Below are positions 37,364-46,244 of a stretch of DNA of 64,000 nt, one piece after another. This stretch comes from Marsupella aquatica. Lineage: Eukaryota; Plantae; Marchantiophyta. Made by a program: the position numbers and the translations under genes. The stretch's first letter is position 1, and every line of letters starts with the position of its first letter. Location: contig OZ316892.1 in NCBI GenBank assembly GCA_973895155.1, positions 14,624,861 to 14,688,860 on the forward strand. The letters run 5' to 3'. The notes below the pieces were generated by a model. The model ran no database searches. It was not told where the DNA came from and saw only the letters and a program-made list of their open reading frames with translations.

Positions 37364-39247
37364 TAGATGAGGATGAGGACAAGAGAGTAAAGACTTGTAA
37401 TAGCCCAAAAGTTGTTTAGACTGAGATCACCCCTTGCTCAACTAAGTCATAAAACTGAGGAATAATGAACAAAGAGCTCTCTAACAGCATGAAGCAGCTC
37501 TCTCAATCAGGAAGTTGTCTTGTTTGGAACTCTTGGCAACTTTGGGTGAAACACCTTTGGGAGGCCTTGTTGCAGTTTGAGTGTGAATTCTAAATGTGAG
37601 TTGTTGAAGTTGGGTTTACCCTGAATTCCAGTGAGAATAGTGGTCAACTCACCAGGGTTTGACCACTTTATGAAAGATTAAGATTGAGATTGACCTTCAA
37701 GTATGACAAGAAAAAAATTAAGCTTTGTTAGATTGATGACAATTGTTTTGTAAGGCTGACCCGGGTATAACATGTATGACTTCAATATAACATAGACTAA
37801 TCTTCACACAAAGTGCTAAAAATAGGTAACCTAACTAGAGGGCTTGTAAAACTGGGCTTCATTAGTAAGAGTAGTCCTTGTCAAAGAGATTGTCTACCTC
37901 TATCTCATATGAGTCTGAATCTCTGCTGTGAGAAAATACCAAACTGGACTACTAACAATGCTCCACAATATGAATCCTGGCTATATGAAACTCCTGAGCC
38001 AAACCCTGAATTGAACTAAAGTTGGTACAATTTTGTTTTCTATGGAATCACATAGGCAGTAGAAAATAAAGTATGAAGGAAAACTCTAAAGAAGAGTTAT
38101 AAACAGCATTATTGGAGCACATGTTGGTTAATGAGGGTCCATCTGGGTTGTAGAAGTTCATCGGGACAATTAATTTGAGGGGTCGAATGCCATGGGGATG
38201 TTTGTTTTCAGTTGTAAGACACATCAGATAGGCTTTGACAACCTGGATGGAATCTTAACCGTGTGTGCGTGAGTTCTGGTTTGAGGGTCAGCCCCATAGC
38301 CCAGGTAACAACACAAAGCTATCAATTTAAAAAACTGGGGGGAGGCAGGCATTGACTCGCCCATGAGGCGGAATTTACAGCTGCACCAGTATATATTCTC
38401 AAAGCATATATACTCTTTCCTCCCCTCTTAGTAAGCCGCCACCATGAATGAGCAGCCATCACCAAGTGAGGTCCAATAGAAGATTTATGAATTGGCACTT
38501 AGTAAACAAAACATGGGTAAGAATATTTGGTCAAGTTCTGAGCCATTTTTCACTAGGGAAGTCGAGTTCCCATAAGTTTTGACTTGCATAAAGACACTAT
38601 CCAGGTATACCTGACTTTGGAGATGCCCTTGTAGCACGACTCTTTCCTGGACGAAGTCTTATAGTACTGTTTAGCCTCTGAGCACAAAACGTGAGAATGA
38701 TGTCGCTCTGTTCGAAAGCTTTCGGTGAGCATTCCGAGCTTTCATCAATTCATCGCGAGTTTCAAGAACACAGCTTTCCATTGACTAGTAATAATGGCCT
38801 CGGAAAGCAGTGCTGGTACTGCTGGACTGCTGCTCTCGTCTATGATCGGTTCCAGCTCGTCTGTGCTCTGCCTGGCAAGCGCTGATCCGGTTCAGGTCGA
38901 TGCGCAATCTGATGTTTGGTATTTAGCTGAGAGCTGCTGCTAGGTGCCGCTCGGTCTTTAGCTCACAGCTCCTGCTCGGCTCCAACGGGATTGTGATTTT
39001 GGGGTCGCTACCCGGTGGCAATGCTCTGAAGCTCGTTAGAAATTACAATTTAGGGGTTGCGGGGAATGCGGTGGCTCGCCCGTGACTGCAAATTGCTGGT
39101 TTGAGGGATTTCGCGTGATCAAGGAAACATCTTTTCGTCCCCGCCTCGACGTTTTCTGTACCAGACTGTTGGAGGCACAGCTCTTGAAGGTGATGAACAC
39201 GGGAGACCAGGGACCGAGAGAGGATTTTGTCAAGCATTGTTGATTGT

Positions 39248-39985
39248 GAATGAATGAATGGCTGTTGAGGGGTGTCGCTCACTGCAACTGAGTAGATTGA
39301 AGCGAGCTTCAATCTCTAAGGGTGAATGAACATGTGGAGGGTGTTGCGTAGTGTGGCTCAGTTCGCAACCCTTCCTGAGTAGATTGAAGCTTCACCGCGA
39401 GCTTCAATTTTTAAGGTTGAATGAATGGCTTTTGCTGAGTTTCGCTCAGTTCGCAACCTTTCCCTGAGTAGCGTGAAACTTTTACCGCTAGCTTCGATTT
39501 CTGATGATGAATGAACAGGTAGACGGTCCTGCGCAGCGTCGCTTAGTTCGCAACCTTGCCCTGAGTAGATTGGATCTTTAAACTCGAGCTTCAATCTCTA
39601 AGGGTGAATGAATTGCTGTTGCGGAGTGTTGCTCAGTTGGCAATTTTTCCGTGAGCTCGGAGCTTTTAATGCTAGCTTCAATCTCTAAGGGTGAATGATC
39701 AGGTAGAGGTCTTGCGCGCAGTGTTGCTCAGCTCGCAAAGTAGATTGAAGCTTTCACCGTGAGCTTCAATCTCTAAAGGGTGAGTGAATGGCATTTGCGG
39801 AGTGTCGCTCAGTTGGCAACCTTTCCCTGAGTAGATTGAAGCTTTCGCCGCGAGCTTCATTCTCTAAGGATGATTGAACAGGTGGAGGATGTTGCGTAGT
39901 CGCTCAGATCGCAGCCTTTCCGTGAGTAGATTGTAGCTTTCAACGCGAGCTGCAATCTGTTAGGTTGAATGAAAAGTTGGAGGGG
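39248..39985. repeat. Tandem array of ~8 hairpin-containing units of 86-97 bp
   Basis: Units start at about 39290, 39377, 39466, 39563, 39653, 39739, 39829 and 39924. Core GAGTAGATTGAAGCT-N9/10-AGCTTCAATCTCTAAGGGTGAATGAA...GCTCAGTT(C/G)GCAACC. Confidence 0.92.
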
Positions 39986-40642
39986 TTTGCCTCCTCTCAA
40001 ATTGAGTTGTGAGAGTGAGAGAGTACGACGAGCGCTTCAGGGGGTTTGGGATGGTCAGGTCTTGTAAATCTCAGTCAGCCCGACTGCCGAGATAAGTTTG
40101 AGGGTTTTGCAGCAGTGCTTCGCGCACAATTCATTACACAAGTTGTCAGCAGGGAGCGACAATGCAGAGTGCGGCGACAGCTTTTGTGTCTCCGGCAAGG
40201 TGCGTCTTCTTCGTTTTCTCTTCTTGGCTGTCAATCTGTTATTCTCCCCAAATTCGATTGCTTTGCTCTTGTCTTCGGCTTTGGAATGTTTGCGATGCGA
40301 CAGGGTCTGAGTGAGCGGAAGAGGTGATCAGCTCCCGGGTTTTATCGTTTCCTGACCGAGCCGGCTTTTCTTAGTGGATCGAACTTCCATAACGGTCGTT
40401 TTTGTCTGACATCTGTAATCTTGGTCACAATAGTAGGTGGGAGATGCTGGATATTTTTCCGTCAAGAGCTTTAAATGTTGCGTAGTGGAATCAGATGGAT
40501 TTTGTTAACGTGACACTTGTTTTCGTAGCGCGGAATTGTAAATCCATAATTTACTTCGCCTTATTTTGACGTCGCCTTCGTGGGAGCAGAAATCGATCTA
40601 ATGTCAGTAGGGTACCTGACTTTGCCTCTTCTCTCGGTGCAG

Positions 40643-40763
40643 TGGTTCCTCGTTGTCGACAACTACAGAAGCTGTTATCACTGAGTTGCCAAAGGACGAT
40701 GGCCCTGCTTTCCCACTTGGCGGTATGGGTGACATGGGTGGCATGAGTGATATGGATTATTGA
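40643..40763 (+). pseudogene. HSP60: Orphan terminal exon of mitochondrial chaperonin HSP60/CPN60
   Basis: After a pyrimidine tract and CAG acceptor, the frame reads [39 protein letters not shown]. This is the TTTEAV...GGM-tail-MDY C-terminus of mitochondrial HSP60. No upstream exons were seen. Confidence 0.85.
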
Positions 40764-41229
40764 GGAGCTCTTGCTGACATTGCACTGACCTTGAGTTTAC
40801 GTGCATTGTCCAGTATGTTTACCTGGCCTCGTGTGATGGAACTTGGATGATCTTAGCCACCGCTCAACTCCTTGCACTGCAAAAGTGTACTATAGTATGC
40901 ACGAGCCCGTAGATTCTTTGAGCTACCTGGATATGCCTCAATATTTATATCAGTAATTTATTCTTATACCATTGCATTCTTGACAGATAGCCGTTACTTT
41001 CATTTGAAACGGAGTCATATCAATTTTGCAAGTTATCCCTACCAAAGATCGCAGCAGAGCAAGGGATACAAAGAAATAAATCTTTGGGCGGAGGTAGGGT
41101 CCTAGCCCGAAAGTCAGACACTTTCCGGTCTGCTATCTCTTTCTGAGTATTTTATTACAGAAATACGGTCGTGACTTCAGAAGCCATCGAAGAAAAATTC
41201 CTTTCACCTCGTGGAATCTCTTGCATTTT

Positions 41230-44200
41230 ATGCCGATTTCAGTAAGGTTGTCCAGATCTGATGGTGGGGTGTGGTGCCGACAGTGGAAGCCCAGAGCACC
41301 TAAGTTTAATCCTCAGATGACACGGAAAGCACGTCGTGTGGAAGGCTGGACAACCCCATCATGGGTGAAGGCAAGGCTCAAATTGATTACTCGAGGCAGA
41401 TTGCAATCTCGTGCTAGGTACAGCACCAGAGATTGTTCTCAAGACGCTGCACAAGAGAATGACACTAGCCACATGCTTAGTGCTGGTACCACGAGTGAAG
41501 CAATTGCTGTTTTGAAAAATCGTCTACAACGAGGCATTTCTACAGACTCGTACACGTATGTGAAAGTTCTGCAAATGTGCTTGAAACAGAATGACCGTTT
41601 AGCGGCCAAGCAGGTTCATGACTGCATCATCGAGAGTGGAATGGATAGCAATCCATATGTGGCCAGCACCCTCCTGAATGTGTATATTAAATGCGGGGGA
41701 TTGTTGGATGCACGCCGAGTCTTTGACAAACTTGAGAAGAAGAGTTTTATTGATTGGAACTCGATGATTGCAGGGTATGCTAGGAGCAATCATGCCGAAT
41801 CTGCACTGGAACTTTTCAGATTAATGCGCCAAGAAGGTCCGCGGCCTAATGAGGCCACATATTTGAGCATCCTGAAGGCATGTGCCAGCCCATTAGCTCT
41901 AAAAAGGGGAAAAGAAATCCATGAGTGTATTCGACTTGCCGGCTTTGAATCAGACGTGCGTGTAGGGACTGCCCTCCTTCAGATGTATGCAAAGTGTGGG
42001 TGTATCACGGAGGCAAGGCGAGTTTTTGACAAATTGACTAATCGAAATTTCATTACTTGGAGTGTGATGATTGGTGCTTATGCCGCAACTGGCAATTTGG
42101 ACGATGCCCGACGAATGTTTGACAGGATGCAAAAACGAAATCTAGTCACATGGAACATAATGATTGGAGCGTATGCGGAAAGTTCTCGTGGTGCGGAAGC
42201 ATACCGACTGTTTCTCGAAATGACACGGGAAGGTTTCGAACCAGATGCAATCACTTATCTGAGCATTCTTAATGCATCTGCATGTGCGGGGGCTTTGGAG
42301 TGGGTGAGAGAGGTCTATGGCCATGCTCGCAAAGCGGGACTCGAGTCAGATTTGCGTGTGGCCAATGCACTTGTTCACATGTACGCGAAAAGTGGTAGTA
42401 TTGATGATGCCCGATTGATTTTTGACAGATTGAAGACGCTCAATGTAATCACATGGAACATAATGATTGGCGCGTATGCAGAACGTGGTAACGGTGAAGA
42501 AGCATATCGACTGTTCCGCCAAATGAAACGGGAAGGCTTAGAACCAAATGCAATCACTTATATGAGCATCCTGAATGCATCTGCAAGTGTGGGGGCTTTG
42601 GATTGGGTGAGAGAGGTTCATGACCATGCTAGCCAAGCGGGACTGGAGATGGATTTGCGTGTGGCCAATGCACTTGTTCACATGTACGCGAAAAGTGGTA
42701 GTATTGAGGATGCCCGATTGATTTTTGACAGATTGACGACGCTCGATATATTCACATGGAACATAATGATTGGCGCGTATGCAGAACGTGGTGACGGTGA
42801 AGAAGCGTATCGACTGTTTCGCCAAATGAGTCTTGAAGGCTTAGAACCAAATGCAATCACCTATACGAGCATACTGAATGCATCTGCAAGAGTGGGGGTC
42901 TTGGAGTGGGTGAAGGAGGTTCATGGCCATGCTAGCGAAGCGGGACTGGAGTCAGATTTGCGTGTGGCCAATGCGCTTCTCCACATGTATGCGAAAAGTG
43001 GTAGTTTGGATGAAGCCCGATTGATTTTTGACAGATTGAAGACGGTCGATGTAATTACCTGGAACATAATGATTGGCGCGTATGCAGAACGTGGTGACGG
43101 TGAAGAAGCATATCGACTGTTCCGCCAAATGAGACGTGAAGGCTTAGAACCAGACGCAATTACTTACACGAGTATCCTGAATACATCTGCAAGTGTGGGG
43201 GCTTTGGAGTGGGTGAAGGAGGTTCATGTCCATGCTAGGGAAGCGGGACTGGAGTCGGATTTGCGTGTGGGCTCTGCACTTGTTCACATGTATGCGAAAA
43301 GTGGCAGTATTGATGAAGCCCGATTGATTTTTGACAGATTGAAGACGCTCGATGTAATCATATGGAGTATCATGATTGGCGCGTATGCAGAACGCGGTGA
43401 TGGTCAGGAAGCATATCGACTGTTACTCCGAATGAAACGGGAAGGCCTAGAACCAGACGCAATTACTTATACGAGTATCCTGAATGCATCTGCGAGTGTG
43501 GGGGCTTTGGAGTGGGTGAAGGAGGTTCATGGCCATGCTTGCAAAGCGGGACTGGAGTCGGATATGCGTTTGGGCAATGCACTTGTTCACATGTATGCAA
43601 AGAGTGGCAGTATAGATGACGCCCGACTAGTTTTTGACAAACTGGAGAACAGAGATGTAGTCACATGGAATATAATGATCGGTGGACTTGCACAACACGG
43701 TTGTGGGCATGAAGCCCTGGAACTCTTCAGAAAAATGAATGCCGTCCTTGTGAGGCCCGACGGGGTTACATTCGTGGCAGTGCTGTCAGCCTGTTGTCAT
43801 GCAGGCCTTCTGGATGAAGGCCGTAGAATCTTTTTAGCTATGAGGCAAGATTATGGTATCGAGCCTGACATTGTGCATTATACCTGCATGGTGGATCTTC
43901 TTGGGCGGGCTGGACGCTTGGAGGAAGCAAAGCTCTTCATTAGCGATATGCCAGTTGCACCAGATGTTGTAACTTGGAAAACCTTGCTTGGGGCTTGTAG
44001 AACTTACGGTAATGTGGAGTTGGGCGAACTTGTCGCCAAAGTGCTTTTCAAGTTGGAACCGAATAATGCCTCTGCATATGTGCTCCTCTCCAACATCTAT
44101 GCTGCAGCTGGCAAGTGGGAGAATGTGTCATTGGTGCGCACTATGATGCAAAAGAGGGGTGTTCGGAAGGAGGCAGGGCGTAGCTGGATTGAAGTTGATA

Positions 44201-44580
44201 ATAAGATCCATGAATTTGTTGTAGGGGATATATCTCACCCAGAAGCGAAGGAGATATATACTAACATAAATAAATTGAGTGAAAAACTGAAGGCTGAAGG
44301 GTACACTCCCGATACACGGATTGTGTTGCATAACATCGACGAGGAGGATAAGGAACTAGCTCTTTGCTCTCACAGTGAGAAGTTGGCTATTTCGTACGGG
44401 CTCATGCGCATACCTAAGGGAAAATCAATTCGTGTATATAAGAATCTTCGAGTGTGTTTAGATTGCCATACAGCAACCAAGTTTATCTCTAAAGTAACGG
44501 GACGCGAGATTATAGCCAGGGATGCAACTCGCTTTCACCATTTTAAAGACGGCGTGTGTTCCTGTGGTGATTACTGGTGA
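41230..44580 (+). CDS. PLS-class PPR protein with E1-E2-DYW deaminase domain (C-to-U RNA editing factor), intronless
   Basis: 24 P/L/S motifs ending P2-L2-S2, then E1/E2, AGRSWIEV box, HSEKLA, KNLRVCLDCH and CSCGDYW*. First in-frame ATG at 41230 (alternative 41317); the ORF track starts at TTG 41221. Confidence 0.96.
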   Translation: MPISVRLSRSDGGVWCRQWKPRAPKFNPQMTRKARRVEGWTTPSWVKARLKLITRGRLQSRARYSTRDCSQDAAQENDTSHMLSAGTTSEAIAVLKNRLQRGISTDSYTYVKVLQMCLKQNDRLAAKQVHDCIIESGMDSNPYVASTLLNVYIKCGGLLDARRVFDKLEKKSFIDWNSMIAGYARSNHAESALELFRLMRQEGPRPNEATYLSILKACASPLALKRGKEIHECIRLAGFESDVRVGTALLQMYAKCGCITEARRVFDKLTNRNFITWSVMIGAYAATGNLDDARRMFDRMQKRNLVTWNIMIGAYAESSRGAEAYRLFLEMTREGFEPDAITYLSILNASACAGALEWVREVYGHARKAGLESDLRVANALVHMYAKSGSIDDARLIFDRLKTLNVITWNIMIGAYAERGNGEEAYRLFRQMKREGLEPNAITYMSILNASASVGALDWVREVHDHASQAGLEMDLRVANALVHMYAKSGSIEDARLIFDRLTTLDIFTWNIMIGAYAERGDGEEAYRLFRQMSLEGLEPNAITYTSILNASARVGVLEWVKEVHGHASEAGLESDLRVANALLHMYAKSGSLDEARLIFDRLKTVDVITWNIMIGAYAERGDGEEAYRLFRQMRREGLEPDAITYTSILNTSASVGALEWVKEVHVHAREAGLESDLRVGSALVHMYAKSGSIDEARLIFDRLKTLDVIIWSIMIGAYAERGDGQEAYRLLLRMKREGLEPDAITYTSILNASASVGALEWVKEVHGHACKAGLESDMRLGNALVHMYAKSGSIDDARLVFDKLENRDVVTWNIMIGGLAQHGCGHEALELFRKMNAVLVRPDGVTFVAVLSACCHAGLLDEGRRIFLAMRQDYGIEPDIVHYTCMVDLLGRAGRLEEAKLFISDMPVAPDVVTWKTLLGACRTYGNVELGELVAKVLFKLEPNNASAYVLLSNIYAAAGKWENVSLVRTMMQKRGVRKEAGRSWIEVDNKIHEFVVGDISHPEAKEIYTNINKLSEKLKAEGYTPDTRIVLHNIDEEDKELALCSHSEKLAISYGLMRIPKGKSIRVYKNLRVCLDCHTATKFISKVTGREIIARDATRFHHFKDGVCSCGDYW

Positions 44581-44724
44581 CCAGAATGGAAGCTATGTTG
44601 CGCTGGGCTACAAAGTTACTCTACAGCGGTACTCACTGGCAGCCCAGAAACAATCAGATTTTCGTTGTTCGCTTGATCAACGAAGGCCGTAGTTCGAAAG
44701 AGTAATTTTCGGGAGGTACTGAAG

Positions 44725-44857
44725 CCATCGACTATCGCAGTTCTTTTACAGGATCTTTTGAGATTATACAATTTGACGTTGCAACTAGTTCCATCGACGA
44801 TCGCAGTTCTGTTACAGGATCTTTTGAGATTATACAATTTGACGTTGCAACTAGTTC
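44725..44857. repeat. Tandem duplication, 66-bp period
   Basis: CCATCGAC.ATCGCAGTTCT.TTACAGGATCTTTTGAGATTATACAATTTGACGTTGCAACTAGTT at 44725 and 44791. Confidence 0.95.
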
Positions 44858-45018
44858 TTGCCAGGTTTAAAGACTTTTCATCCAGTCACCAATTTTGAAA
44901 GCAATGAACGCCAAAAGGCATCTTCGATCCTTCAGGTACCCTCACAAACAATCGGAAAGGAATACGTTGGTCCAGTAGTGACAAACATTCAATTTCTAGG
45001 TTCACGTGATAACATTTG

Positions 45019-45250
45019 ACAGAGAAGATCGGTGAATTGGTTCTTGACAGTCAAATCGCGGATGTACGAAGTGAAGCTTTTGGTTTGATATGTAGATAGT
45101 TCTTTCGATACCTTCAAATTTCCTTCGTAGTTTGGTTACATTCAACAGAGAAGATCAGTGAGTTGGTTCTTGACAGCCAAATTCACGAATGTGCGAAATG
45201 AAGCTTTTGGTCTGATATGTAGATAGTCCTTTCGATACCTCGAAATTCCT
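45019..45250. repeat. Tandem duplication, ~127-bp period
   Basis: ACAGAGAAGATC.GTGA.TTGGTTCTTGACAG... at 45019 and 45146. Confidence 0.9.
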
Positions 45251-46244
45251 GGGTAGTTTAGGAGACGAAGGGTTCCCAATGGCACTGCGCTTCAGGGACG
45301 GCTTACTTGCGCAGTGCCATTCCCAAGTTTACTGTACCGTTTGGTACTCACATAGACAGGCAAATCCTTCACCTTCGCATATATCTTCTGTTTCAGCTTG
45401 TGGCCAAATCATCAGAAGATGCCGCAGAAATTGGCGGTCATTCATTTCCAGAAACGTAAGTTCACTTCTCGAGAAAGTTCTGAAATTCTGGAAATGACCG
45501 CCAAATCATCAGAAGCTTTAAGCTCTTTGACGTCTGACAGGAGTGCTACATACCTACGGGTCCATAAGGATCCCTGGTGTTTAATTTGACATTCACTGGA
45601 AAGGAATCGCTGGACCCTTACATGTTGTTAGTTTTCGTGACGATTTTGTTAGTTTTCGTGACGATTATAAACTCTTTTAGGCTGTTCTATGGTACGCATG
45701 GTCCCACATGACGAAAGTTTAGTACACTGAGGGGAAAATCCTCCATTTAGGATGCGTTTACCACATTTCCAGATAGCACAGCTTTGGGGAGACGTCCCAA
45801 AAATCAATGGCTCAATGAAATGGAGGAAATTTTTCATGAAATGGGTTGGCCAAAGAAAGTTGAGTTCAGGAGGTAACACAAGAAAGAGGTGAGCGCACAG
45901 AACCTTTTCAGGATTTTCATCGAAGCACCATTTGTGAAGGGCGAGATCCTATTCACGGTACCCCTTCCTACTTGAAAATCCTCGGCCAACTCCTGAACTG
46001 AACTAAACGTTGGGACCATTCCGTGGACCCACATGTGCATCACTGTAATGACATGAAGTTTTCCATGCGTCAAATCGGCTGACCAACTGTGAATCCAAGG
46101 CCAAGTCTGACGACAAGAATGGGGACACATCCTACATTCCCCTTGAGAATGTGTCCCCATTCTTGTCGGTAAATCTCGAGGATTTACGAGAAATACACTG
46201 TAGGGAAGCCATGGCCAAAGAGAACCTACAGTACACACTACTTG

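Noticed and set aside
39248-39985. CRISPR array or hammerhead-ribozyme multimer
   Set aside because: The linkers are homologous to each other rather than unique spacers, there are no cas genes and the context is eukaryotic. The CUGANGA hammerhead core is not conserved across units.
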